64,000 bases of DNA from Owenia fusiformis. Its lineage: Eukaryota. Below, one piece after another: positions 14,961-29,683 of the stretch. Numbering within the stretch: the first letter of the stretch is position 1; every line of letters starts with the position of its first letter. The notes beneath the pieces were generated by a model that was not told the origin of the DNA, searched no databases, and saw only the letters and a list, made by a program, of their open reading frames with translations. Made by a program: the position numbers and the translations under genes. The stretch lies in NCBI GenBank assembly GCA_903813345.2, contig CAIIXF020000001.1, positions 27,032,001 to 27,096,000 on the forward strand, written 5' to 3'.

Positions 14961-16099
14961 TACATAGAGTGATACTGTAGCATTTAGGATCTAAATATTG
15001 GCATCTGATAGTTTTATGTCACGTCACCACCTCAAGTGGCGATATATTGATATAGTCTCCAACTTTTTGTGGAATGTGTTTGGTATTTGACAGTTGGCGT
15101 ACAGTGTCTTATAAATGGCAGATGGTGACATTTTGCATGTGAATGCCTTGTTTTCAATCTATTTTATACTATAAACATGTATGTGCACTTAGGTCCTTTG
15201 GAGTGATATTGTAGAATTTAGGATCTTAAAGATAAGCTTCTGAAGCATATTTATGATGTATTTTAATTTTACTATAAAATGGTTATATATAAATGACCAA
15301 AGTAGATCAAAAGAAGGACACTACTCCTGCAGGAGGTTTGAATATACCATTGGAAAGGGAAAATGTATGGAGAAATTAGATGGATTTTGAAGATGACAAA
15401 CAATTTATTGAAAATTGATATTTTGTTATATGAATGAATACCAAACAGAATCCGAAGTGGGATCAGAAGATTTGTCAAAATGGGGGGCTTTAAGCTATTT
15501 TTGTAAGAATACTAAGAGACCTCACAATTTATCTTATTTCAGATGTATCATACCAAAGAATAAATAACCTTCTTTGGTGCATTTTTCACAATCTTTGATA
15601 ACCACCAGAGGTTATGTGCTGATGCTATATGGGCATAGAAATCTACACAAGAATTCATTTTCAAGATGGCAGCTGAATTCAAAATGACCGCATTTTCAGA
15701 AAAATATGATTCCCGATCACAACTACCAATAATTGGATTTACTCCAAATTCTATGTAGGATGATGCTTTTATGGGCTTAAGATCTCTTCTGCTGAAGGAA
15801 TTTCTAACTTGGTGCCCTGTCAATATCATAGGTGTCAATGTGGCTAAAAGGAGATAAAATCTCTGCCTGGTTATTATTTCTGTCATAAAATGTTCAAAAT
15901 GACAAATGTTTGATAACATACTATGTTTTGTCTGTTGGGATTTTCTATTCCGGGAAATTTCTTTTCCAAACATATTATAGTAAGCATAGTGTTGCTTTAT
16001 AATACACATCCAAATTTCCAATGGTGCATCACAAGCCCTTAACAAAACCTCTATGAGGACCTACTTTGCTTGAGTATACATTGTTGTATACAGTGTATT

Positions 16100-16931
16100 T
16101 ATCCCATTGAACGAAGTTCGGAGGGATATAGGGAACACCTCCATCCGTCCGTCCGTCCAGGCAATAACTCAAATACCGTTGGCCCGATTTTGTTCATATT
16201 TTGTACACATATACCCTATGGGAGTAGAAGTTCTGCTCGAAAGCCGATTTTCAAAATGGCAGCTCATTTAAAAATGGTGGCCATTTTAGTGCCGATTTTA
16301 CAGTAATTTAGGTGCAATATGGAAAACTGTAATAGCAATATGTTTTAAATGTAAAAAAATATATAGGACATTAATAAAGATAGAAATGTAGGTATTAAAG
16401 AAGCACCTGGCAGCCATCTTGAAAAATGGCGGCCTTTACTCGTTATTTTACAATTTTTGCTTTAACTCGAAAAGTAGTGGAGCGATTTTGTTCATATTGG
16501 GTGTGTGAATACTATAAGCATAGCACACTGTCTATGACACTTTTGGTAGAAGGCGGCCATTTTAAAAAATGGCTGGCTGCCATTTTAACATATTCTACTA
16601 TAACTCTAAAACTAGTGAAGCGATTTTGTTCATATTTGGTATGTGAATACTATAAGCATGGCACACTGTCTAATGACACTTTTAGTAGAAGGCAGCCATT
16701 TTGAAAAATGGCCACCATTTTAACGTATTTTACTATAACTCGAAAAGTAGTGGAGCGATTTTGTTCATATTTTGTATGTGAATACTATAAGCATGGCACA
16801 CTGTCTAATGACACTTTTGGTAGAAGGTGGCCATTTTGAAAAATGGCTGCCATTTTTGCTATATACTTTGTTTGTAAAAATGCCAGCAATGGCTGTTCGA
16901 TGGGATTTGCTACGCTTTGGCGTTGCTGTTG
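16100..16931 (+). mobile_element. HINE/DINE-1-type element (copy 2, internal unit amplified about 3x)
   Basis: Same ends as 10636-11203; (TCCG)n; GCGATTTTGTTCATAT...GGCACACTGTCT unit repeated; hairpin GCTACGC-TTTG-GCGTTGC. Confidence 0.75.
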
Positions 16932-16970
16932 TCTAGTTATACTATTTATACTGGTAGAAGTATGTATATA

Positions 16971-18044
16971 CAGGGTGTCCGGAAAGTAAAGATACAAATG
17001 CTCTTATTTTAAGAAATTTGGGGTTTTTGAAATGAAATTGCTACAGATTGTAGAGGAACAATATTAAAATATATCTACCAACTTTCATCACATATAGTCT
17101 TAATGTGTTTAAGTTACGGTTGTTATGGTTACAGATGTGAGGGGTATGCGGAGCAGTTCCAGAACAACGCTAAAAAGTGAAAAATTGCTAAAAGACAACC
17201 ATTTGAAACAGTGTTTTTGTTGTTGTATTTTCTATCTATGTTTTTTTGTTCATCATTGTATTATTGCTGCCATAGTGTTTTCTATTATATAATGATGTCA
17301 TTGCTACATATCAGAACTATGTTATGTCACTTACCAGTATAATGAAAGAAATGTTATACAAGTGCCTAGAAGAATGGTCCCTGGCCATTAGTAGAAAAGT
17401 CAATATTGCATCTCCACAATGCACCAATTCACAAAGCAAAAAAAAACAAATCTTACAATGGAGTGTCTTGACATTAAACCTTTCTATACAATGGCCCATA
17501 TTCACCTGATAAAGCCTATTTAGACTTCTACCTTAATGACCATTTGAAAGCAATATTTGTAAAAAGGTCAACATACAAATTAGACTCAGCTGGAAGCCAA
17601 TGTTATCAGCAATCTGAGAGATGGACAGCAGCGGTTTTGTCAGGTCTTTGAACCGCTGGTCAAGATGCACCAAGAATGCATAGATAATGGGGAAAATACT
17701 GAATATCCAATGATAGCAGTAATATGAAATGATCAAATAATGTTACATTACTAATCCATATGCTGTTGTGGTACATAGTTTGATACAATACAGGAATAGA
17801 TGGTGGAGTGCCAAGATCATGTGAGTAGGAAAGAGATTTGTAGAACACAGTTGTGACGTTGCTCCACTTACCCTCGACTCCCGTTACCATAACAACCATA
17901 ACTTTTTAATTTTGAAACTAAAAGTCATGACAGTTGCAGGATATATTGTTATAATGTCATTCTACATTCTGGAGCAATTTCATCTCATAACAGGTAAATC
18001 TCTTGAAATTATAGCATTTGTATCTTTACTTTCCGGACACCCTG
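16971..18044. mobile_element. Tc1/mariner-type MITE
   Basis: TA|CAGGGTGTCCGGAAAGTAAAGATACAAATGCT...AGCATTTGTATCTTTACTTTCCGGACACCCTG|TA. Confidence 0.9.
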
Positions 18045-18524
18045 TATGTGATACAAAGCTTTAACATAGTTTTCTATTTGACTGACATGTAGTTGATATA
18101 CATTCTGATATATATGATTATTATGTTTTGTTAGTACCCTAATGTAGATACTCAATTTTAATTGGTAAATAGGCCATAGTTTTGATAATTGTCCATGGAA
18201 TGGATTGCTTGTTTAGTACTTTATGTTTTAAGTCCACTAAAGGGATTCCTCTAAATCATATCAGATGAATCAGTTAGAAAATATGAAATGATTTATTGTT
18301 TAATATTAAAGGTATTCTAGTCTTACTAAGCATTTTCTTCAGCCAAAAAACAATCATAGATGTTACATTTGGTTGACTGTTAAACATTATTTCCCAGGGA
18401 TTATATCCCTTAACTCTAAACCTGAGCATAAGTCTGTAAGTTCTCAGTTCAACATGCTTAGCACAATTTTGACAGCTGACCTCTTTAAGAGTCGAATGCA
18501 TGGTTGTGCACAGTGCTGACAGCA

Positions 18525-18905
18525 TCGGTACATTTAGCTAGCTACTAGTGTCTTTATATACAGAACTTGTATAGCTACTAGTGCATATTATGTAAAGTAC
18601 TGACAGTACTGGTACATATAGCTACTAGTGCATATTATGTCAAGTACTGCTAACTGGTACATATAGCTACTAGTGCATATTATGTCAAGTACTGCTAACT
18701 GGTACATATAGCTACTAGTGCATATTATGTCAAGTACTGCTAACTGGTACATATAGCTACAAGTGCATATTATGTAAAGTACTGACAGTACTGGTACATA
18801 TAGCTACTAGTGCATATTATGTAAAGTACTGATAACTGGTACATGCATGCACAGCTACAAGGTTATCTTATGAATGCTGGTACATGTAGCTACTAGTGTA
18901 CATTG
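18525..18905. repeat. Minisatellite, 45-47-bp unit
   Basis: GCTACTAGTGCATATTATGTCAAGTACTGCTAACTGGTACATATA repeated about 6-8 times. Confidence 0.9.
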
Positions 18906-19478
18906 TGTTATTAATATTAATGACTAGATGATTTAGATAACACAAAGATCATATTGTTGCTATATTGTTTGAATAAATGGCTTCAGTGGTCCTAATGCAG
19001 CATTACAATGATGTAAGATTTTATATGTTTTGTCAATGAGCAACTAACATATTAACTCATTTTTATGTTCAATATGGTGACTTTTAGCAACTTAAATTAA
19101 AGAGCTAATAGGTGTAGTAATCTCCGTTCATTCAGAATCATATGTAACTTGCACAATTTATTGCAGAATTTGACATTGTACGTGGTAGGTTACTTCAGTC
19201 TTTAGCCATCAGATAGAAAAGATGAAGAGCAATTATGTTCAACCTCTGAACTCAGGGAAGGAATGGTTTGGATGATATATAGAGCCCTGCATTCAGAGGA
19301 TGAGTTATGTTAGTTATTTGTCCCTTTTTTCATAACATCAAATCAGGGAAGTAGTTTCTGTAAGTCCATGATCAAATAATTAAAATATTATCTGTTAGCT
19401 TGTTATGTCTTATAATTTATTCAATTTTCAATTGCCTCCTCTTCCTAATTTTTTGGGCGGTCCTGATTCTTAGGTCTA

Positions 19479-20426
19479 CAGGGTGGGCCAATAAAAATTG
19501 GAACATTTTTCCTTTTTATTCAATTTTCTTTGTTATTGCAGTTTAGTTCACAAAAATTCAGATTATGGTAAAATGATTATTTGTGAAAATGTTAAAGATA
19601 ATAATATTTATGTATGATTATTTTTGGCTTGTCATGGTCATGATCTGTATTCTGAGTGTTTCAAGAAAAATTTTCAAATTTTCTCTTCTTGAGACATCAC
19701 TGCTGAAAATAAGTATCTTTCATACCATACAATATGCACCCTTCAAATGGTCTCAACACAATTTCCATCAATTAAATGTATTTATCTGTAGTTATATGTA
19801 GTTATCTCTAGGGGAAGCAAGACATGTCTCCCTTGGATAATATAGCTTAACTGACCTCAGCTTTTTTCAAAATTGACACAACATGTCTCAAAACTTGTAA
19901 TTTAAGTCAAGTATGACTGTCAAATACAGCTAAAACTGATTGTTCAGGTGGGTGGAGGACATGTTCAGGAAACCCTTGCGTTGAGTAAAAAAAAAGAGAA
20001 CATTTTTCCATCAACTGTAACTTTTTTGTTAGTCATGTATTATCTTTAATACTTTAGGAAATTGAAAAACAATTCATTTTCGACAGCTTGGACAAATATG
20101 AATATACAAGCTCAACATTTAATTACTGAACATGTCCTCCACCCACCTGAACAATCAGTCTGACACACACAGTATACAGATCATGACCATAGATTCTGGG
20201 CCGATATAAAGCTGGCAGCACCAACAGAATCTAGTATTGTCTATATATTATTTATCAATAAACAAAGATCGATTCACATGCCATCTTTATTTAAAAATTA
20301 TTTCTATCAACACATATTTGTGTCTTTAACATTTACACATATAATCATTTTACCATTATCTGAATTTTTATGAACTGAACTGCAAAAATAAAAACAATTG
20401 AATAACCAGAAAAATGTTCCACCCTG
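19479..20426. mobile_element. Tc1/mariner-type MITE with degenerate TIRs
   Basis: TA|CAGGGTGG...GGAACATTTTT and AAAAATGTTCCACCCTG|TA; internal IR TGATTGTTCAGGTGGGTGGAGGACATGTTCAG. Confidence 0.7.
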
Positions 20427-20625
20427 TATGTATTGACCCATAGACCCCCTAGTGTTGTGTTTGTATAGATTTGTTTTGATCATGTCAGCCTGCCAATGAG
20501 TATCATTTATAATAAAAAGTGTGAAAATAAAAACGTTTTTTTTTGTATTATTAAGATTAGAGAATTTGGGTCAACTTGGAATAAAGTATCATCCACATGG
20601 CAGAATTGCATACCATGCAATTTTA

Positions 20626-21112
20626 ATGATACTAGTGCAAACCATTATAATACTAGCGCAAACCATTATGATATGAGTGCAAACGTTCATGATACTAGTT
20701 CAAACCATTATGATACTAGTGCGAACCTTCATGATACTAGTGCGAACCATTATGATACTAGAGCAAACCATGATACTAGTGCAAACCATTATGATACTAG
20801 TATGCAAACATTCATGATACTAGTACAAACCATTATGATACTAGTGCGAGCCTTCATGTTACTAGTGGAAACCATAATGATACTAGTGCGAATCTTCATG
20901 ATACTAGTGCAAACCATTATGATACTAGTGCGAACCTTCATGATACGAGTGCAAACCATTATGATACTAGTGCGAACCTTCATGATATTAGTGCAAACCA
21001 TGATATAAATGTGAACATTCATGATACTAGTGCAAACCTTCATGATACTAGTGCAAACCTTCATGATACTAGAGCGATCATTCATCATACCATTGCGAAC
21101 CTTCATAATACT
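20626..21112. repeat. 21-bp minisatellite with two alternating variants (42-bp higher order)
   Basis: ATGATACTAGTGCAAACCATT alternates with ATGATACTAGTGCGAACCTTC; about 23 units. Confidence 0.9.
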
Positions 21113-22207
21113 ACAGTGCGGCGAAGTCCATGTGTAAACTTCACGAAATTCTTCCCTCCAGATAAACGCCAATAAATTCCCTCTTAAAGGAACAAAATGC
21201 GCAAATGAAGTCTCACATTTGATCTTCATAGTATTTCCAATAGATTAATAAGCACCTGATCTTTCATTTGACACCAAAAACAGCTCAAACAGATCACATC
21301 AGAGTTGATACTAGATCATGAAAAAATATTTTTTGATCTATCAATTTATATATTTCAAGTTTTTAGCAATGCCATTGAATGATGGCATTGTTTTTCGTAG
21401 GATTAAATGATTAAAGCTGAGCTATGTCCATTTTCCTATGTATTTCAATGGACACAAATTCCTCTATTCGTTCTTTTTCAAAAATAAATTCAAATCTCAG
21501 TTTGAAATTGTATTATAATAATTCTGAGTCGCATAGTGCAATTCAAACAATTAAGTCGGTTAAAGTGATACATGGAACAAAGTTAAATTGTATTTTTGAA
21601 TTTTGTATGGAGTTAGGACAATTTGACACTGAAAGAGGATGATTTAAAGAGTGAAAATATCATTTTTTCAAAAATGGCACTTAGGACATTATTATTTTCA
21701 TTCGACTAGATATCTAAATTGCAATATGTCATCATACACCATTCTTCACTCTGGTATATTGTTCAAATTATCCATCTTTTTATATGTGGGGCATAACCAA
21801 AATATGAATACGTAATGTTGTGACGACAAATATCACATTGAAACGGGGGGTTTGCATTTACTATTTTTCTCATCCAAATATATATAAAGATACACATACC
21901 GGTATGGCTCCACCTCCTGTGAAATTTCTTGATATCTATGCAATCTCAAAAATATATTGACGTAGACTGATATAGCAACATTGATTTTGTATGCATCCGC
22001 TCTAGTTGAGGGTTGTTTGTTCTTTTATAAAAGGATATGATACGAACTATTGCTGTGTGCGGAAGGCTGCTAGGGTCTGCTTTCCTTTGTAAAAAGGAAC
22101 TAGAGTCTAGCCTCTTTAAGCTCTTTCAGTGACTCCCATTGTAGGTTTGTAAGAGTATTGGTGACACAGTTTGTAAATTAGGCCGGATAAATGACTTGTA
22201 TCCCCGG

Positions 22208-22614
22208 TGTGAAAGAAATGATGGTCCCCTTTCTTAACGGCCCTTACTGGCCCTGATTGCGTTTAAGATAATAAGGGTTGTATAAAATTATGGTCCTACT
22301 TTCCATTGATTTATATGGTGACCTAAATACAACTCTTTCCCTCATTATCTTATACGCAATCAGGGCCAGTAAGGGCCTTTAAAAAGGGGGACCATAATCC
22401 CCGGGGGACCATAATTACTTTCACGCCTGATAAATGACTTGTATCCCCGGTGTAAAAGGGTAGCTGGTCCTATCAAATTTTGGTCCTACTCTCTATTGAT
22501 TTATATGGTGACCTAATTACAATCACTTTTCTTATTATTTATACACAGGCAGGGCCAGTATGGGCCGTTAAGAAAGGGGACCATAATCCCTGAGGGACCA
22601 TAATTTCTTTCACA
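22208..22614. mobile_element. Two adjacent copies (22208-22425, 22451-22614) of a ~165-bp TGT...ACA MITE, Ginger1-like; others at 24899-25071, 35934-36099, 46114-46278
   Basis: Termini TGTGAAAG/CTTTTACA; flanks CCGG or near-CCGG, perfect CCGG|...|CCGG at 22451-22614. Confidence 0.75.
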
Positions 22615-23890
22615 CCGGGCCTTCTGTTATTCAGGGCATTTGATTGAGGTTGCGCCTGGGAAACCATTTAGCCCTTAATTGGATTTGGATACAATTGTTT
22701 GAATATGTGTTAGTTATGTGAGATCCCAATGCATGTGTATAGGACGTGTCCTTAAATCCCCCATTTAAGTTTAAACAGCTGAGACATTTATTTTATGTCT
22801 TTGGTTTAAACCACTTTGGCTTACATTGTAGTCTTCGCCAATGTTATAAAAGAGTGATATGTGAAACATTTTTTTAATTTCAAGAACTGGTTTTTGAAGA
22901 AGGTTTTGTTCGAAAAAAAATGTGAATTTATTGAAAACTAACTTTTAGAGGTCACAAATTCCTTTTAACGAAAGACAATTTACACCCATTCATCCTCTTG
23001 TGTTTTTGCGGAACAATTAAGAAAATGGGTTCATAAATAAGCGAACATGAACTCATCCATGGATGAAAATACCGGTTCAGAGAGAAGTGCATTTCAAAAT
23101 TTTAGCTCTTATAGAAACCAACATTGGTTACCATGGTACTTCTTTTTTCAATCAACAACAGTTTATTTTTGAAGTTAACCTGAGTTATGGCAGACCATTT
23201 TGCCCACTTGTGGACTTTGCGAGGCTTCTTTTAATGCGTTGTCAGATTTATGCCTGATGGTCACCCATGCCCGAAACCACACCGACACCCCTTTCTGCGA
23301 GGTCGGGCATGTCGTGAATACTAAATCAAGAATGGTATTTTGTCTAGTTGGTTCATTGACTAGTCATAAGATATTGTGATCATTTTCTCGTTAACATCAT
23401 TTGGATATTCTAGAATTAGGCCTTACGGTTCGATTATACCAACATTTTGAAATGTTGATTGAATTTTTAGGTTGGAAGAAACATACGAGAGGAGAGGTTT
23501 AAGAAAAGTAACAATATGTAGACGGAGAAAGAAAATAGAGACACGCTAGTGATTAAAAAAGGCTTCTCTAATGAAAACTGAAACAGGATTTGAAGTTTCT
23601 TTTTTGCAGTTGACTCTTGCACTTTTTGCACGCCTCCCTAAATATCAATTTCATCGATCAATATATATATAAAATATCTTACAATTAGCACAAAAGTTTG
23701 CAAGACAGACATGCTGTAGGCATTAGATAAACATAATTTGTTTACTTACTTTTGTGATAAGCTTGTCAACGCAAAGTAAAATCAATTAAAAAAAAAGTCG
23801 AATGATTTTCTTCTTCCTCTTCCATGCAGACTAGCAGACGAGTTGACTTGCACTAAAACTTTTATCAAATTGTAAGCGATCACATAGAAA

Positions 23891-26800
23891 ATGGAGAAAG
23901 TTTTTGTAATTATGCTGCTTGGAAGTTTCACATCATTTGTTATGTGCTGTGTAAGTTCATTTGCGGGAGATAATTGCCAATGTAAGTATATATACTTTAA
24001 TATCATTGAAATTCACCCATTCGTGTTCTTATTTAACTAATATTAATTTTTGTTTATCCAAGTTCTCTCATAATAGTAAATATTTTTTAGAGTTTCTCGC
24101 ACAGTTTCAAAATGTAGGAAATACATCTAGTTGGCTTCCTGGAAATTAACCGAACTGGTTTATTTTCAAAAATCAAGGGAGGTTTGTAATTAGTAGATTG
24201 CAAAAACAAACAAATCCTAATTTACATGCATGACATGCAATATTCAAAACTTAGTCAAAATCATGTATTTGATTTGTATAATAAATAATCAATATTTTGA
24301 ACCGTAGAGTCCATGTTTTAAATTATGAAAAGTGACATATCTTTTCTTGTATTGAACAGACAATATTTTCATTTTATGTACAAATTAACAGTTGTATAAT
24401 TATCAAATTTTAAAAGGTTATATGAAAATTGTTCCACTTAGACTAATGTAAATTAAAGTTAATGAGTTCATGGTTTGCAGTTTTATCTGATCTGACCCGA
24501 ATAAGCCACCTGGTGGTGAAATTGGTAACTACCACTTGTAATATTGGAAATTTTAATATTCAATAATTCTTGCCAGAATATAAGAACCAAAGTGAGGAAA
24601 TTTGGAAAGAGTAAGTGCAAAGAATTTTTGAGTTGGCCAATACAAACACTTGTACAGGATGCCACAAAAATCTGTATCGATTACCGCAACATACCTGAAG
24701 AATGAATTCGCTGTTTATAATGAAATCGACTTTAATCTTTAAATTTCTGAAAAGGCAGAGGGGTACAATGATCACTTACAGTGAAAATGACCGTGTCAAC
24801 TACAGATATCAAGTAGCATTCACAATGTGCATTGATGTTTACAGTTATGTACGTTTTTATTCATGATTAACAATTTCGTGTCACTCTGTAGATTGCCGTG
24901 TAAAAGTGTAGGAGGTCCTATCAAATTTTGGTCCTTCTCTCTATTGATTTATATGGTGACCTAATTACAATTATTTTCCTTATTATTTATACACAGTCAG
25001 GGTCAGCAAGGGCCGTAAGGAAAGGGGACCATAATCCCCAGGGGACCATAATTTCTTTTATTTCTTTTACACCGGCATGTACTTTAGTTAGGAAAGTCAA
25101 TAAAATTCGTTGTTTTTTAGAAATCAAAAGTTATTTGTAAACAACTCGGAGTGTCCATGAACAAAAACAATAGCATATTAGCCTGATCAAGTCGATCAAT
25201 ATGTTCTGCGAGAAGAGTTCCTTAAAAAACTAGGTTTTATAACTTTTATATTGATCTTCCATAGATATTGGTAGCATTATTCATTGATCAAGATTTTCCA
25301 GGTTAAAAGTTCGGTTAAGGCCATGCTTTTGAACTTTCCGTGGAGGTTTTATGTCCTTTTGCAAACCACTGTTTTCAATACTTGACACATTTTTTTACAA
25401 AAATAAAATCCCTTTTATAAATATAATTCACCGAGATAAGTTTTTTATTTTCCAACCCTCGTATATACCCCAAACTTTGCAGTTATATAGTGCTAGGTTT
25501 TTTAGCCTTGCCCGAGTCGGTATTTTTTTTACTTATCTGATCTCGAATTATTACCGCCTTGTACAATCCAATACACCTTCACTGGTATTATGCTAAGTTA
25601 ATCTGCGGTTTCAAGATTTCCATCATACCTACGCTGTAAAGAATGGGTGCCTTTATACCATCTCTTGGAGACCTTCCCATACCCTATTCTCACTTGGGAT
25701 TGCATCAGGACTATTAGCTTGGTGGTCATCAGGCCGTATCAGTTCAGGAACATTTAGCAACTTATATTTATTTCTCATGGAACACCACATGTTTAAGTGA
25801 GACGCTGGTGACATATTTTATTCAAGTAAAAGTGTACAATTCATAATCCATGGCTAGATAGCATCCTCAAGTTTCATTTGGTATATGCAAATTATGATTT
25901 TGTAGCAAAAATTAAAAAAGTTATATATAGCATTTTGAAAAAAAGTGGCGTTTTTTGGCCTACTTTGTATAGTCCTTTAATAAATGATTTATATTACGTA
26001 TAGACGACGTATATAAGAACATCACTCTTATTGACGTATAGGCAGCCGTGAAATCTCTTTATTATCATATCATATGATAACAATTTTTGACAAGCTATTT
26101 TGTTTTTGACATTTTAAGGCTCTTAATGTTATATTTTATGTGAAATAATTGTGTAGGCTACTAGTATACCGTTATTGAAAATCGCCCCTTGTTGAAATCC
26201 TCCATAACTTAAAAACCCCAAAGCAATTTGCTGTCAAAAAGAGGAATCACTATAGCAATATAAATACTACAGGTTCAAAGTAATAAAAAGTATGGTTCTT
26301 CAACAGGACATATTTCTGAATTTTCTGGGGTCTTGAGTATAACTATTTGAATTTCAACCCATATCGAAAGTTATGACATGCCTAAACTATATTTTCTATA
26401 TTTAAAGATATTCTGTTTTAGATGAGTACAAGGCTTACAACAACGACGATGATATGGACAGAAATATAGCGGAAACTAAGTGTGCCACACAGTTTGGCGG
26501 AGTCCTGGCCAAAGTAAACAGCGCGGTCGACAGCGCAACTCTTCGTAACATCCTTGCATCCTACGGGTAATCAATTTTAGTATTATCTTTAAAATGCAAA
26601 TTGAGGTGGAAATGACGGAGTGAGATATTGTATCATTGAGAGAGGATACATTTAGTCTTGAGAATATTCAAATTCATAAAAAATAATACAATTGACCTTT
26701 AACATGACATTGATATTTTATTTTGACCTTGACACGGAGTAGCCTTGATGGTTGTATATGATGATTGAAATTCTTATGCTGCACTCAACAGAAAACACAA

Positions 26801-27656
26801 TCACAGAAAATTGCATCTTGAACATATCCAGCCAGCATACGCGATTTTCGCGTAGATCATTAATACTTTCTAATATTTTCTATTTATTTTTTATATAGCG
26901 ACGAAAAGGTTTGGATTGGCGCCCAAAGGGACAGTGGAGGCAATTGGTATTGGCACAATGATGGATCTCCAATAACTTGGACAAACTGGGATAGTGTTCC
27001 GGATGGTTCTGAGGACTGTGTTTACGTCATGGCCGACAGCATGGACTGGATAAACAAAAACTGTGACGAAGAAGCTCCTGTTGTAGCCTGTATGATAGGT
27101 AAGAGGCACGCCTTTAGAGTTTAGAGGTATTCTTTTAAAGAGGCACTCCTGCGGTCTAATATTGGCAGACGGAGTCGAATACAGTTTACTAGAAGTCGAA
27201 TGGGGTGTACTTTCCCGGTTTGTATAGAACTTCGATTTTATTTTACACAAATAACTTTTACTCTTAATTGTATTTGCAGTTCATGAATCAACAACCGAAC
27301 AAACAACCATACAAACAACCGTGCAAACAACCGAACAAACAACCGTGCAAACAACCGAAATGACGACCATACCACAGCCTTGTGACACACCACAATTAGG
27401 AAAAATGACATATGCTTTGAAGATTGATAAAAAAACAGTGAATGATCTCTCAAACGCTATAGGCGGGGAATTCGTCGCAAGGTCCAAATTGGAGTGTGCG
27501 ACAAAATGTTTTGAGCTTACAAAGTGTATATGTCGAGCTTTTGTATTTAACAAATCTGACAAAAAGTGTACACTTCTAGAATCGAAGATTCCATTGAGCA
27601 ATTTTGTTGTTGACGCCAATGGTTTGTCTTACTATGAATTAGACAATGTCAAATGA
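23891..27656 (+). CDS. Secreted C-type lectin + Thr-rich linker + PAN/Apple domain protein, 270 aa; exons 23891-23981, 26422-26566, 26899-27098, 27280-27656
   Basis: Signal peptide MEKVFVIMLLGSFTSFVMC; CTLD AETKC..GGVLAKVNS, VWIGA, WYW, WTNW, EDCV, WINKNC..C; (QTTx)n linker; PAN SKLECATKC..CRAFVFN..KCTLL. Phases 1,2,1 join to 813 nt. Exon 1 is the least certain. Confidence 0.85.
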
Positions 27657-29683
27657 GTCATAATTTGTAGAAAGAATTTTAAATGAAATGATGCTAAATT
27701 GCAATTATATGATGATCTGAGAAAAACATATTTACTTTGATGAGGTAAATTTTCAAGATTTGGATAATGGAGGTAGCAAAATTGAATATCTCGTTCGGGA
27801 TCATACCTAAATTGTTAAATTTATTAGAATGGCTTTCGTGCGGAGAAGGCAATTCATTTATAACATATGATATTAATTTCCACGTATTAATTTTGTATTT
27901 GTTGTTAACAGTGGTTGTTAACAACAAATACAAATATAGTGGTTGCGTTGTTAACAATAACCCCAAGGTGGGCTGGGTGAAATTGTTATTCATTTTTCAT
28001 ACTTTGTTGAATTGTTAGACTGACTACTATAAAGAAATAAACTAAACTAACTATCTAGCTAACTATAAAACTTTTTAACTATAAAAGCATTTGAAGTGAG
28101 ATGTCCTAGGGTATTTGGATTTATGTACTTGATCCTTTGTCCATAGATAGGTTACGAGTGACTGCAAGCAATAATTACAAAGATTAGAGCCATGGACAAA
28201 AATAATGCATTAACATATAATGTTACTATAATCAAGAATCAACATACATGAACATCCTGTTTTTAAGTAATGCCAGTGGGGTTTTCAATATATCTCACGA
28301 TGGTATCATACTGAACGGGTTGTGATCGAAAGACTTGTTCGGCGTGGAGAGAGCATGTCACTTTTCATAAAAACACCAATAAAACTTAGTGGAATATTTT
28401 TTATTTCATGTTTCGTTATACCTTGCAATGGGTATATCATTTTGGGTTAACTTTCACTTCTGTTGAGTTCAAGAGTAGGAGTCAACCCAATGAAAACGGC
28501 GAAACCACACTCTAAAATTTGCTTTTTAACTTTTTAATGGCACGACATAGTGACATGATAATATTAACATATGTTTCAGCATCAATCTAAAGGTATTAAA
28601 ATGAGATCTATCGATGTATTGGGTCTTTTTAATTTACTAGTATTTTAAAAATAATATTTAACTTTGTTGTCCGGCGTGGGGGAACAGTTTCAAATGTTAA
28701 ATGCAAAGAATTCAACCAATGCAGACGGGGGCCTATGGGAAATATTTGGGGCGGCAGGAATGAGCGTTTGGTGCGGAGTTAACAGTCAATTTTAAATTTG
28801 AAGGACCAGGTTTGGTATGGCCTGTGATTCTGGACCATGAATACTTTCTGGCCATAAATAAAATGTTTGTTTTTTTATGAAAACAATATGTTTTCTTTCA
28901 AGTGAAGTCCCCGTGGTAATAAAAATATCAATCCCAACTCTCGGAAAATTATGGATTAGGACCCCACTTTGTCACTTTTTTTAAATGTTAGAGTGATCTC
29001 AATTCAGATATATCAAAAGTTTCTTACACTATATTCTGAAAAGGGGATAGGTATTGAAATGCGATGAAGTTTAAAAATCCATATCCTATGTTATTTTCCG
29101 ATAAGGAAAACTACTATATCCATTGTTTTCAGCATAATTTTGGTCATCCAAAATTGATATCTAAAAAACTAGACCTTCAACACTATTCTATTTATGAAGA
29201 AGTTTTAAACCCATTTGTTGAATAATCCTTTCATGCAATAAAAATTAGAAAAAGATCCTCTTTTGTGTAAATAGGTTCAACATCTTGAAAAGAATTTTGA
29301 CATGTGGTCCATATTCATAATTTTTCGAATTGTTTGATTGATATTTTTTATTATCCTTGAGAATTTTCTTGAAAGATAACATATTGTTTTAATGAGAAAT
29401 GTCATATTTGATTTTAGAAAGCACTCATGATAAAATATATCGTCTAAAATTACTCGCCATACTATACCGGGTCCTTTGTAATATTTCTGAAACTAAGTCT
29501 TTTTGGGTCTCCAAATATGTCCATATGTGTGTAGTAGGGATGTTTCACGATCCCGATAAAAGTTTACTGATTAGAGTTTACTGATAAGAACTACTGTAAA
29601 TCGTCACTACTATAGATTTTTTCACATTAATTTTTCATAATTTTTTAAGTTTAGGCAGGGAAGCAGCGTATATCACAAGATAT

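Noticed and set aside
20496-21229. Repetitive ORFs (DTSANHY..., MILVQT...) and CRISPR-like appearance
   Set aside because: Translations of a 21-bp minisatellite; no unique spacers, no cas genes, eukaryotic context.
23260-23320. GC-rich hairpin CATGCCCGA...TCGGGCATG as an ncRNA
   Set aside because: Single short stem with no recognisable family; probably a repeat fragment.
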